Shown: in pieces, positions 1 through 9,030 of the stretch | Numbering within the stretch: the first letter of the stretch is position 1 | How the letters are laid out: the number at the start of each line of letters is the position of its first letter | From: Cyanobacteriota bacterium | GTDB taxonomy: Bacteria; Cyanobacteriota; Cyanobacteriia; Cyanobacteriales; Nostocaceae | Assembly: GCA_046045965.1 (NCBI GenBank) | Contig: JBJOKS010000042.1 | Span: forward strand, 1 to 30,024 | Direction: 5' to 3' | DNA length: 30,024 nt | The notes under the pieces: generated by a model | Database searches by the model: none | What the model was told of the DNA's origin: nothing | The model's input: the letters and a program-made list of their open reading frames with translations, nothing else | Made by a program: the position numbers and the translations under genes

Positions 1-2
1 AA

Positions 3-119
3 ATGGACGCTTTAGCAGCATTACCAGGAATTACCAGCGTAGTTGTTCCCGGTTCTTTGGGACTACATGAAGAATACTCAGAAGTTGTTTGTGAAACAAT
101 ACTACCATTTTTAACCTGA
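3..119 (+). CDS. 3' end of a gene starting before the window, probably an alpha/beta hydrolase
   Basis: Frame 3 reads MDALAALPGITSVVVPGSLGLHEEYSEVVCETILPFLT-stop (TGA 117-119); resembles the catalytic-His C-terminus of alpha/beta hydrolases. Confidence 0.55.
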   Translation: MDALAALPGITSVVVPGSLGLHEEYSEVVCETILPFLT

Positions 120-130
120 ATGTGTTAAAT

Positions 131-145
131 AGAGAATGATTATCA
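131..145. promoter_or_regulatory. Putative Zur (FurB) box
   Basis: AGAGAATGATTATCA has 2 mismatches to the cyanobacterial 7-1-7 Zur consensus TGATAATnATTATCA and lies upstream of a COG0523 gene, a typical Zur target. Confidence 0.7.
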
Positions 146-159
146 ACAAATGTAAGAAT

Positions 160-185
160 TCAGGAGTCAGGAGTCAGGAGTCAGA
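160..185. repeat. STRR-type heptamer tandem repeat (TCAGGAG)x3 plus partial
   Basis: Direct reading. Confidence 0.85.
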
Positions 186-302
186 ATATTTGATCAATTC
201 ATGAATTATCAAACAAGTATTTTTGACACAAGTGTTAAAAAGCTGACTGCTGATAGCTTACCAACAAATCATCAAAATCACTTTGAAATTTTGAAATAAA
301 TT

Positions 303-1274
303 ATGATGGCTTCAGAAATTTCCAACTCAGTCCCCGTAACCGTTTTAACTGGCTATTTAGGAGCAGGAAAAACCACCCTTCTCAACCATATTCTCACTTA
401 TGAACACGGTAAAAAAGTTGCTGTAATCGTCAATGAATTTGGGGAAGTAGGTATTGATAATCAATTAGTTATTGATGCAGATGAAGAAATCTTTGAAATG
501 AACAATGGCTGTATTTGTTGTACAGTTCGTGGTGACTTAATTCGCATCATCGGCAACTTAATGAAACGCCGGGATAAATTTGATCATTTAGTCATTGAAA
601 CCACAGGATTAGCTGACCCTGCACCTGTAATTCAAACATTCTTTGTTGACGAAGATATGCAAAGTCAACTATCACTAGATGCGGTAGTGACAGTTGTAGA
701 TGCTAAACATATTTGGCAACATTGGGAAGCAGACGAAGCTCAAGAACAAATTGCTTTCGCTGATGTGATTTTATTAAATAAAACCGATTTAGTTGCACCA
801 GAAAATTTAGACGAATTAGAAAAACGGATTCGGTCAATGAATGCAATGGCTAAAATTTACCGCACCCGTAATTCTGAATTAGGAATGGATGCTTTATTAG
901 GAGTAAAAGCCTTTGACTTAGAACGCGCTTTAGAAATTGACCCTAACTTCTTAGGTGAAGATGCTCATGTACATGATGAAAGCGTCTATTCTGTAGCCTT
1001 AGTAGAAAAAGGTGCAATAGATGGACAAAAATTAAATGATTGGTTGGGTGAACTATTACGTACCCAAGGACCAGATATTTTCCGCATGAAAGGAATTTTA
1101 AACATAGCCGGAGAAGATGATCGTTTTGTCTTCCAAGGGGTACACATGATATTTGATGGTAAACCAGATAGACCTTGGAAAGACAGCGAAACCCGAAAAA
1201 ATGAACTTGTTTTTATTGGACGTAATTTAGATGCAGCCAAATTAAAACAAGACTTTCTAGCTTGTATAGCCTAA
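303..1274 (+). CDS. COG0523/CobW-family G3E GTPase (zinc metallochaperone)
   Basis: Walker A GYLGAGKTT, NEFGE, GCICC metal motif, ETTGLADP, NKTD, CobW C-terminal domain (RMKG, FQGV, LVFIG). Confidence 0.95.
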   Translation: MMASEISNSVPVTVLTGYLGAGKTTLLNHILTYEHGKKVAVIVNEFGEVGIDNQLVIDADEEIFEMNNGCICCTVRGDLIRIIGNLMKRRDKFDHLVIETTGLADPAPVIQTFFVDEDMQSQLSLDAVVTVVDAKHIWQHWEADEAQEQIAFADVILLNKTDLVAPENLDELEKRIRSMNAMAKIYRTRNSELGMDALLGVKAFDLERALEIDPNFLGEDAHVHDESVYSVALVEKGAIDGQKLNDWLGELLRTQGPDIFRMKGILNIAGEDDRFVFQGVHMIFDGKPDRPWKDSETRKNELVFIGRNLDAAKLKQDFLACIA

Positions 1275-1310
1275 ATTGAAATAGGGAAGTAGGGATAAAA
1301 TTCAAAATTA

Positions 1311-1397
1311 GGCGTTGGTGAATAAAAATTTTAAATTCATATTTAAACTCAACAACGCCATTTTCTTTTCTCTGCGTTCTCTGCGTCTGGAGCGGTT
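1311..1397. repeat. Short inverted-repeat element followed by (TCTGCGT)-type repeat
   Basis: GGCGTTGGTGA (1311) ... TCAACAACGCC (to 1359); then TCTGCGTTCTCTGCGTCTGGAGCGGTT, a common Nostocales intergenic repeat style. Confidence 0.55.
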
Positions 1398-1432
1398 AGT
1401 AAAAAAAATATTATTCTCCATCATATCTAAAC

Positions 1433-2473
1433 ATGAACTTTACAACCAACAAACCTCAAGAATTTACAACCTACTATTCAACAAACATTACAGATTATGT
1501 TACATCTCTAGCTTGGAATACATCAGGTGAAAAACTAGCTGCAACATCCGCTGCTGGAGAAGTTGTAATCTGGGAAAATAAAGAAATCACAACCTTACAA
1601 ACAGCTACAGGTAAATCAATTGACTGTGTAGCTTTTTCCGCTGATGGTAAATATTTAGCCGTTGGTGGACAAGATGGAAAAGTGAAAATATGGCGAGAAA
1701 ATCAATTAATCACAACTTTAGAAAATGCTCCCGCTTGGGTGGATAAATTAGCTTGGAATCATACAAATAATTTATTAGCATTTAGTTTAGGGCGTTATGT
1801 GCAAGTATGGGATGCAGACAGAGAAGCAATAGTTGTTACTCTTCCATTTGAAAATTCATCAATTTTAGGAATTGATTGGCGTAAAGATGGTAAATATTTA
1901 GCTATTGGTGGTTATCAAGGGGTAAAAATTTGGAATAGTCAAGATTGGGATGATGAACCTTATATTTTAGGTATGACTACCGTTAGTGTAGCAATGGCTT
2001 GGTCGCCTGACAGTAAATATTTAGCTTCGGGAAATATGGATCGTAGCGTTACCGTTTTAGAATGGGAAAATCCCGATCCTTGGGTGATGCGTGGTTTTCC
2101 GGGGAAAATTCGTCAGTTAGCTTGGTCCCAAGTGACAACCGCTACAGGTGCACCGCTTTTGGCTTCTTCCAGCGTCGAAGGTGTGGTAGTTTGGGAAAAA
2201 TCAGCGGATGAATCTTTAGGTTGGGAAGCGCGAATTTTAACCAATCATGTAGATATAATTAATGCGATCGCCTACGCACCCGAAAGCCTAATTCTCGCTT
2301 CTGCTGGTGCTGATGGTTGGTTGTGTTTGTGGAACCAAAATTATGAAGTATCGCAAATTCTCACAGGTGTGGGTGGGGGTTTTTCTACCCTAGCATGGCA
2401 TCCCCAAGGTAAATTTTTAGCCGCAGGTGGGGAACAAGGAGAGTTACTAATTTGGTCAAAAACTAATGACTAA
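1433..2473 (+). CDS. WD40-repeat beta-propeller protein
   Basis: Repeated AWS/AFS-x-DGKYLA-x-GG-x-DG-x-VKIW blades; commonly follows COG0523 genes in cyanobacteria. Confidence 0.92.
   Translation: MNFTTNKPQEFTTYYSTNITDYVTSLAWNTSGEKLAATSAAGEVVIWENKEITTLQTATGKSIDCVAFSADGKYLAVGGQDGKVKIWRENQLITTLENAPAWVDKLAWNHTNNLLAFSLGRYVQVWDADREAIVVTLPFENSSILGIDWRKDGKYLAIGGYQGVKIWNSQDWDDEPYILGMTTVSVAMAWSPDSKYLASGNMDRSVTVLEWENPDPWVMRGFPGKIRQLAWSQVTTATGAPLLASSSVEGVVVWEKSADESLGWEARILTNHVDIINAIAYAPESLILASAGADGWLCLWNQNYEVSQILTGVGGGFSTLAWHPQGKFLAAGGEQGELLIWSKTND
2264..2271. repeat. HIP1 octamer GCGATCGC (other copies start at 6179, 7820, 14524, 14795, 20359, 27086, 28471)
   Basis: Eight exact copies read in the window; hallmark of many cyanobacterial genomes. 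Confidence 0.9.
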
Positions 2474-2523
2474 TGTTTAATAATTGGCTATGCTGTATCA
2501 GCAGCAGCTTCTAACGGTGAACT

Positions 2524-2793
2524 ATGAACAAACTGATTTTCCTTGTGTGTCATGTCTTTCTAGCATCTCTGCTGCTGGTAGTTAGTCCAGCACAAGCATC
2601 TACTAGATGGAAAACTGCACCTATTGCTCATGAGATTGTAGCAGCATCTGTACAACCAATTCCTGAATTGACAGTACCAATTTTAACTCAGCCACACCAT
2701 CAAATTGCTAATAAAACTGGTTGCGGTTGTAGTGCTTGCGTTAAAGCTAATTTTCAGATGTTGCAAGGTAAATTACCTGCTGCCGGCTTTTAA
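2524..2793 (+). CDS. Small secreted hypothetical protein with HH and CGCSAC motifs
   Basis: Sec-type signal peptide ending AQA; C-terminal PHHQ...CGCSAC...LQGKLP; co-oriented within the zinc cluster. Confidence 0.7.
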   Translation: MNKLIFLVCHVFLASLLLVVSPAQASTRWKTAPIAHEIVAASVQPIPELTVPILTQPHHQIANKTGCGCSACVKANFQMLQGKLPAAGF

Positions 2794-2819
2794 TCACATT
2801 AGGAGTTATGAAAATTTTG

Positions 2820-2845
2820 AGGCACAGCATTACTGTGCCTTTATT
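2820..2845 (+). terminator. Hairpin, possible intrinsic terminator or small dispersed repeat
   Basis: AGGCACAG-catta-CTGTGCCT followed by TTATT. Confidence 0.5.
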
Positions 2846-2889
2846 AGTGTAAATGTCAACACACATTTTTCTTAATTGTTATTTTATTT

Positions 2890-3888
2890 ATGGCGGCAAA
2901 AATCATATATAAGAATTTATTAAATATTGCTTTTTTGGGAATTTTTCTAGGATTTTCTGGTTGTACAAATCCCAATGGAAATACTACATATATTCAATAT
3001 AATCGGAGTAATAGAATTAACAGAAATCTCCCTCAAGTTGTCGCAACTACGAGTATTTTATGTGATTTAACTAAACAAGTAGCTGGAGAAACAATAAATC
3101 TTACCTGTTTAATTCCTCCTGGTTTAGATCCGGGTATTTATCAACCAACACCAGAAGATATCCAAGCTATTGAACAAGCTAATCTAATTTTATATCATGG
3201 TTATAATTTTGAACCAGGTTTAATCCAAGTTATTCAAACAACTGAAAACAATGCACCAAAAATAGCCGTCGGACAAAGTGCTGTACCAGAACCAGAAAGA
3301 TTACAAAAAAATGGTAAAAGTTTCACTGAACCACATATTTGGCACAATGTTAAAAACACTATCCAGGTAGTGGAAGTAATTAATAAGAAGTTGGTTCAAC
3401 TGTTACCTAAAAATGAACAACAATATGGCAATAATACCAGCAAATTAACCAAAGAATTGAACGAACTACATAACTGGATTAAGTCTACACTTGCGACTAT
3501 TCCTAATAAAAATCGCAAGTTACTAACAACCCATGAAGCCATGATTTATTATGTCAAAGCTTATGGCTTTCCCTATAAAGGTAGTTTACCAGATATTAGG
3601 AATGAAGATAATTTGACAGATACAAGAGTGAGAAATTTGGCTGCATATATTCAAAATACTAAAGTACCCACAATTTTTTCAGATACCACAATTAATCCCA
3701 TTTTACTTGAGCCAATTAGCAAAAAAGCAAATGTAAAACTTTTTTCCAGACAACTTTATATTGATGGACTTGGTGAACCAGGTAGCGATGGAGAAACCTA
3801 CCAAAAAATGATGGATGCTAATACACGCAGTATTGTTGAAGGGTTGGGTGGAACTTATTTGAAATTTAAACCTAACATTGGTAATTAG
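2890..3888 (+). CDS. Zn/Mn ABC-transporter substrate-binding lipoprotein (ZnuA/TroA/MntC family), with no adjacent permease
   Basis: Lipobox FSGC, VVATTSIL, YQPTPED, EPHIW, THEA, LYIDGL...TY. Confidence 0.9.
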   Translation: MAAKIIYKNLLNIAFLGIFLGFSGCTNPNGNTTYIQYNRSNRINRNLPQVVATTSILCDLTKQVAGETINLTCLIPPGLDPGIYQPTPEDIQAIEQANLILYHGYNFEPGLIQVIQTTENNAPKIAVGQSAVPEPERLQKNGKSFTEPHIWHNVKNTIQVVEVINKKLVQLLPKNEQQYGNNTSKLTKELNELHNWIKSTLATIPNKNRKLLTTHEAMIYYVKAYGFPYKGSLPDIRNEDNLTDTRVRNLAAYIQNTKVPTIFSDTTINPILLEPISKKANVKLFSRQLYIDGLGEPGSDGETYQKMMDANTRSIVEGLGGTYLKFKPNIGN

Positions 3889-3984
3889 ACTGGGGACTGG
3901 GGACTGGGGACTGGGGACTGGGGACTGGGGACTGGGGACTGGGGACTGGGGACTGGGGACTGGGGACTGGGGACTGGGGACTGG
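3889..3984. repeat. STRR1 tandem repeat (ACTGGGG)x13 plus partial
   Basis: Perfect heptamer array (reverse complement CCCCAGT) starting right after the stop codon; CCAAT(T/C)A repeats follow at about 4003-4030. Confidence 0.95.
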
Positions 3985-4036
3985 ATAATCAATTTTATTT
4001 CTCCAATTACCAATTACCAATCACCAATCATTTAAA

Positions 4037-5404
4037 CTATACTCCCAGAGCAATTTTTACCCGTTCTCTTTTTCCTGTTGCAACCAACCATTTACCACCA
4101 GAAGGGGCTAAAGTTATTCCCCGACGTATAGGTTTAACTGGATGATGATTAGCTAAAGATAATTCCAAGTTAGATAACACCGTAGCTAAGACAATTTTCA
4201 TTTCAAACATTGCAAATGCCATACCAATACAGCGACGATTTCCACCCCCAAAAGGGATATATTCATATTGTGAATATTGACGTTCTAAAAAGCGTTCTGG
4301 TTTAAATTTTTCTGGTTCTGGATATAAATCTGGACGGCGATGAGTTAAATATATACAAGGTGCAAGTAATGTTCCAGGTGCAAATTCATAACCCATAATT
4401 GTTGTCGGTGTCTTCACCATACGCGGTAAAGTAATCATCGCAATGGGATAAATTCTTAAGGTTTCTTGGCAAACAGCAGTCAGATAAGGTAAGCGAGAAA
4501 CTTCATTTAAATCTGTATTTTCATCAACATTATTTAACTCAGTTAGTAGCTTTTCTTTGACAGATGGTAAATGATGAATCCAATATAATGCCCATGTTAA
4601 TGCTGAAGCTGTTGTTTCATGACCTGCAAATAACAAAGTCATTAATTCATCACGTAACTCTACATCTGTCATCGCTTCCCCATTTTCATCTCGTGCTGAC
4701 ATCATTAAGGTGAGAATATCGCTGCGAGATGAATCAAAATTATTTCTGCGTTCTTGAATTTCGGTGTAAAGGAGTTGATGAATTTCTTCTCTTTGACGCA
4801 AGAAAATACCCCAAGGACTCCAAGCACCTAAATCTATTTGTAAAATCGGGAAAAATGTAACAGCAGAACGCAAGGGAGAACCAGATAATTCTAATAATGA
4901 ACGCAAGAGTTTTTGTAATCTTGTCAAACGTTCTCCTTCACATAAACCAAATACAGCTTGTAAAATTACCCTCAAGGAGATTTCTTGCATTGAATCTCGC
5001 ACAGAAAAAAGTTTACCTATTTCCCAATTGCTAATTACTTCTTTGGTAATATGAGTGATAATTTGAGCATAGGCTTTCATTCGTTCTCCATGAAATGGAG
5101 GTGTTAATAGTTTCCGTTGACGTTGGTGAGTTTCACCGTCTATTAATAGTAAAGAGTTTTCCCCCACTAAAGGTTGAATAAGTTTATTTCCCCTTCCCGC
5201 ATCAAAATATTCTGCTGGGGTGGTAAAAATTGCTTGAATTGCTTGGGTGTTGCTAATAAAAACCAATGGGTTTTCAGTTGTCAGCCGGAGTGTAAAAAAT
5301 TCCCCATGCGTCTTTGCAGATGTTTCCATGAGTTGCAGGGGATTGAAAACCCATTGTAGACGCTGGATAAATCTGGGAATTTGTGGGCTAGGTGGAAGTT
5401 GCAT
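4037..5404 (-). CDS. Cytochrome P450, CYP110-like
   Basis: AGHETTA I-helix, ETLR, PERF, PFGGGNRRCIG heme motif; start moved to MQLPPSP (ATG 5404) by analogy with the paralog at 18166. Confidence 0.95.
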   Translation of the reverse strand: MQLPPSPQIPRFIQRLQWVFNPLQLMETSAKTHGEFFTLRLTTENPLVFISNTQAIQAIFTTPAEYFDAGRGNKLIQPLVGENSLLLIDGETHQRQRKLLTPPFHGERMKAYAQIITHITKEVISNWEIGKLFSVRDSMQEISLRVILQAVFGLCEGERLTRLQKLLRSLLELSGSPLRSAVTFFPILQIDLGAWSPWGIFLRQREEIHQLLYTEIQERRNNFDSSRSDILTLMMSARDENGEAMTDVELRDELMTLLFAGHETTASALTWALYWIHHLPSVKEKLLTELNNVDENTDLNEVSRLPYLTAVCQETLRIYPIAMITLPRMVKTPTTIMGYEFAPGTLLAPCIYLTHRRPDLYPEPEKFKPERFLERQYSQYEYIPFGGGNRRCIGMAFAMFEMKIVLATVLSNLELSLANHHPVKPIRRGITLAPSGGKWLVATGKRERVKIALGV

Positions 5405-5578
5405 GACCAAAATTACTATAAATTCTTTTCTCATTAGGTTAACAAATCTACCCATAAATGCCAAATATTTTTACTAAATCTGCCTTTGGGTTATTTATAC
5501 CTAAAAGTAGACTCGATTATATTGGCACAGGAGCAATTATTTTTTATACATTTTTCAGACAAATGTATACAAAAGTCT

Positions 5579-6877
5579 ATGGTAGATATTTATATTCTTG
5601 ATTTGTTGGTAATTGGTCTACTATTGCTAATTGTTACTTTAGGATCTGGTTGGATTTCGCGCCTACCTCTTTCTTTTGCAATGATCTACCTAATGGTAGG
5701 GGTACTTTTGGGACCCTATGGCTTAGGACTGATTCAATTACGTCGTCATGAATTATTCAACGCCGAATTACTGGAAAGACTAACAGAATTTGTGGTGATT
5801 GTTTCTGTATTTAGTTGTGGCTTAAAAATAGTTACACTCCTGAAATGGAAGTTTTGGGATATTACCGCACGACTGATTGGTTTGTTAATGCCAATTTCCA
5901 TTTTTTCCTTAGCTGTTGTGGGGAAATTATGGTTAGGTATGAATTGGGGAGAGGCGATTTTATTAGGTGCAATTCTCGCTCCAACTGATCCTGTATTAGC
6001 CTCTGAGGTGCAACTAACGGATACAAATGACGATGATGAGTTACGTTTTGGTTTAACTTCTGAGGGAGGATTAAATGATGCGTTAGCTTTTCCTTTTGTT
6101 TATTTTGGACTTTATGCCATTAAAGATAGTAATTGGCATAACTGGTTTGTAAATTGGGTTGCAGTGGATGTAATTTGGGCGATCGCCTCTGGTATAGTTA
6201 TGGGAGTAATTGTTCCTTTAGTTATCGTATGGTTTGATAAGAAAATTCAAAAATCCCGTCCTTCTGACGCTGTGATGGAGGATTTTGTGGCTATTAGCAT
6301 AATTTTATTAACTTATTCATTAACAGAAGTTGTTAATGGTTATGGATTTTTAGCGGTATTTGTGGCAGGGTTAGCTGTGCAAAGAAGTTACACCAATCCG
6401 CACAAACCACTTGCACAATTAGAATTTATTGAACGATTAGAAAAGCTATTAGAAGTTGGTCTAATTTTACTCTTAGGAACAATATTATTATGGCAACCAA
6501 TATTAAAATATGCTACCCAATCTTTGTTAGTCATTAGTTTGTTATTTTTAGTTATTCGACCTGTGGGAGTATGGGTTAGCACTATTGGTAAACGTCCCTT
6601 AAATTCCCATCGTCGAACTTTTAATCCGGTAACTCGTTTGTTATTTGGTTGGTTTGGTATTCGGGGTATAGGTTCTTTATATTATCTTGCCTATAGTTTA
6701 AGCAACGGCTTAAAAGGTGAACCTGCTGAACAAATTGCTTGGATAACTTACACAACTATTGTAATTTCTGTGATTGTACATGGAATTAGTGCCACTCCGT
6801 TAATGAATTGGTATGAAAGGAATATTCCCAAGCGCACAAGGTCTAATATTCCAGCGACAATTGATGAGTTTGAATAG
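5579..6877 (+). CDS. CPA1-family (NhaP-like) cation/H+ antiporter
   Basis: Many TM helices; LAPTDPV, SEGGLNDA, WFGIRG motifs; likely start MVDIY at 5579. Confidence 0.9.
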   Translation: MVDIYILDLLVIGLLLLIVTLGSGWISRLPLSFAMIYLMVGVLLGPYGLGLIQLRRHELFNAELLERLTEFVVIVSVFSCGLKIVTLLKWKFWDITARLIGLLMPISIFSLAVVGKLWLGMNWGEAILLGAILAPTDPVLASEVQLTDTNDDDELRFGLTSEGGLNDALAFPFVYFGLYAIKDSNWHNWFVNWVAVDVIWAIASGIVMGVIVPLVIVWFDKKIQKSRPSDAVMEDFVAISIILLTYSLTEVVNGYGFLAVFVAGLAVQRSYTNPHKPLAQLEFIERLEKLLEVGLILLLGTILLWQPILKYATQSLLVISLLFLVIRPVGVWVSTIGKRPLNSHRRTFNPVTRLLFGWFGIRGIGSLYYLAYSLSNGLKGEPAEQIAWITYTTIVISVIVHGISATPLMNWYERNIPKRTRSNIPATIDEFE

Positions 6878-6912
6878 TTCTTTTAGCAGATGTTTAAGCT
6901 GAGATTTTGATA

Positions 6913-8025
6913 TTATATTTTCACCCAATGAGAATCAATTTGTATTTTCCTTTCTTCCATTATTTGTGTAAATAACTCTGTGCTTAATGCTGATTCCACA
7001 GGTGAAACTCCAGGATGTTTCAATTTACCTTCTAATAATAATTTGGCGATACTACCAGTACCAACACCAGAAGCAATGGCTGTATTTTCATGCAGTAAAT
7101 TAGAAACATAAGCCGCTGTTTTACCGTCTTTTTTTCCTGTGACTTCTGCGCGTACTGCTACACCAATTCCAGTAAAAGTATTTGTAAAATCGGTCATGCG
7201 ATGACTAACATGAGATAAAAATTCAATTGTTTCAGTTTTCTGCATTAACCATTTAGGGAAAATATGGGCGGTTATCCAAGTGAGATGGTTATAAAAATCG
7301 GGAACTGAACCAAATTTAGTAATTACAGTTTTGACAGTGGGGAAAGAATGGGGTAAGGTGATAGTTTCTGGCATATCAAACCAGTAAACTCCACTGCGTT
7401 GATATGGTGCGGGAAAAATAAGTTCTTCTCTATCGGTATAGGGTTCTATTAAACGCCATTCTCCATTTATCCAAGCTTCAAAAGAATGCTGTAAACCTAA
7501 AAATGTGGTTCGCATGACTGTGACACCAGCACCACCTGAACCAGACACCAAATAACTTAAATGTATTTTTTCTGGGATGTCAAATTTATCAACTGCTTGC
7601 CGAACTAAACTGTTAGAAATACCGGGGAAAATACCCGTGTTAATAATTGCGGTGACTCCAGAATTAACAGCTTTTTCATGTAAATTTAGAGCTTTTTGGG
7701 TGTAGGAACGGTGATCACTGACATCAATATAATTGACACCTTGATCAATGCAGATTTCTAAAACCTGGGTGTCTCGATAGTGAAATGGTCCTGCACAGTG
7801 GATGACGAGATTTGATTGTGCGATCGCCTCTTTTAATTTTTCCACCTCCGTCAAATCTAAAATCAAAAATTGCTCTCTTCCTCCCGAAGACAAGCTGACA
7901 CCCTTTCCCGTCTCTGGAGAACGTCCAGTGATGGTAATATTTGCCTGGGTGTGGCTGAGAATATCATTAGCAACTGCGCTACCAATGCGTCCCCTTCCAC
8001 CTAGTATCAATACACGATCTGTCAT
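6913..8025 (-). CDS. Saccharopine dehydrogenase-like NAD(P)-binding oxidoreductase
   Basis: Rossmann GGRGRIG, HCAGPF, YIDVSD, GIFPGISN. Confidence 0.88.
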   Translation of the reverse strand: MTDRVLILGGRGRIGSAVANDILSHTQANITITGRSPETGKGVSLSSGGREQFLILDLTEVEKLKEAIAQSNLVIHCAGPFHYRDTQVLEICIDQGVNYIDVSDHRSYTQKALNLHEKAVNSGVTAIINTGIFPGISNSLVRQAVDKFDIPEKIHLSYLVSGSGGAGVTVMRTTFLGLQHSFEAWINGEWRLIEPYTDREELIFPAPYQRSGVYWFDMPETITLPHSFPTVKTVITKFGSVPDFYNHLTWITAHIFPKWLMQKTETIEFLSHVSHRMTDFTNTFTGIGVAVRAEVTGKKDGKTAAYVSNLLHENTAIASGVGTGSIAKLLLEGKLKHPGVSPVESALSTELFTQIMEERKIQIDSHWVKI

Positions 8026-8104
8026 GATTACGGTTTGGACAACATTATTTTTATTTCACCATATTTCTGTCCCCTTTGTCATCAGTTGTAAGTATGATAA
8101 GAAT

Positions 8105-8133
8105 GTTAGGGTTGAGCAATGCTAAACCCCTAC
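8105..8133 (-). repeat. GTAG-tagged REP-like hairpin (second subfamily)
   Basis: Minus strand GTAGGGGTTTAGCATTGCTCAACCCTAAC; marks the left edge of island 1. Confidence 0.65.
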
Positions 8134-8136
8134 CCC

Positions 8137-8200
8137 AAGGAAATATTCATACTTTTGATGAGGGGTATTTCCTGTGTTTACTTATAGCTATTTTTGCAAT
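8137..8200 (-). pseudogene. Remnant of the parD 5' end and leader
   Basis: AAGGAAATATTCATACTTTTGATGAGG aligns with AAGGAAATATTCATGCTTTTCATAAGG at 10874-10900; encodes (I)KSMNISL versus MKSMNISL. Confidence 0.7.
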
Positions 8201-8262
8201 TAAATATTACACAGCTTACTTATTTTTATAAGTTATGTTAAAATATAAAATATCCAAAGACA

Positions 8263-8565
8263 ATGAATAAAACTATGTCAGAAACAGGATTAAATTTATT
8301 CATTCCGATGGAGTTATTGATTAACTCTTTAAATGCTCTGAGTTTATCCCAAAAGCGTCAACTTTGGCAGATTCTTGATGATGCTATTACTAAAGATGAA
8401 GAAACCAAAAGAGAAATTCAATTAGTAAATGATGAATATGCAAATGGTAATTATCACGAATTTACTAATATAAAAGAACAGTTAAAGCAAGGAGCTATTC
8501 AAAGAGCAGAACGTGATTTAGGTTTGGTTGACGAGTGGTTTAATTTGGAAGAAGAAGCGTGTTAA
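8263..8565 (+). CDS. Putative antitoxin of the MazF toxin
   Basis: Small acidic protein overlapping the mazF start; C-terminus LKQGAIQRAERDLGLVDEWFNLEEEA resembles NdoAI/MazE-type tails; the start may be 8275. Confidence 0.7.
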   Translation: MNKTMSETGLNLFIPMELLINSLNALSLSQKRQLWQILDDAITKDEETKREIQLVNDEYANGNYHEFTNIKEQLKQGAIQRAERDLGLVDEWFNLEEEAC

Positions 8566-8933
8566 GTAAAGGAAAAATCATTTATCCTCAGCGTGGTGAA
8601 ATCTACCTGGTTAATTTTGATCCAACTATCGGTTCAGAAATCAAAAAAACACGACCTGCTTTAATTTTGCAAAATGATGTTTCTAATCAATATAGTCCTA
8701 TAACTATTGTTGCTGCTATTACTTCTCAATTTACAGAACCTTTGTATCCTACTGAAGTGCTAATTACAGCACCAGAAGGAGGTTTACAGGTTGATTCTGT
8801 TGCGCTGCTTAATCAAATTCGTTCTATTGATAAACAAAGGTTAATGAAACGTTTGGGTGTTCTGGATGCAGTGACAATGGAAGATGTAGATAGAGCAATT
8901 CAGATTAGTTTGGGTTTAGTAAACCTAACATAA
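8559..8933 (+). CDS. mazF: MazF/PemK family endoribonuclease toxin
   Basis: RGEIYLVNFDPTIGSEIKKTRPALILQND, IVAAITS, QIRSIDKQRL. Confidence 0.95.
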   Translation: MLSKGKIIYPQRGEIYLVNFDPTIGSEIKKTRPALILQNDVSNQYSPITIVAAITSQFTEPLYPTEVLITAPEGGLQVDSVALLNQIRSIDKQRLMKRLGVLDAVTMEDVDRAIQISLGLVNLT

Positions 8934-9014
8934 ATTAATTCCTCAAATCAACCTACTCACTTAACTTAATTTCCTACTAAAAATGTTGGGTTTCCTTGCG
9001 TCAACCCAACCTAC
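8905..9014. repeat. Cluster of GTAGGTTGGGTT-family REP-like units
   Basis: Degenerate + copy 8905-8930, half copy ending CTAC 8956, full minus copy TGTTGGGTTTCCTTGCGTCAACCCAACCTAC 8984-9014. Confidence 0.85.
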
Positions 9015-9030
9015 GGACTATTCATTAAAA

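Noticed and set aside
1315..1530. 71-aa ORF between the COG0523 and WD40 genes
   Set aside because: Derived from repeat sequence and overlaps the WD40 start out of frame
3703..4020. 105-aa ORF with PVPSPQS repeats
   Set aside because: Translation of the STRR1 array, antisense to the lipoprotein 3' end
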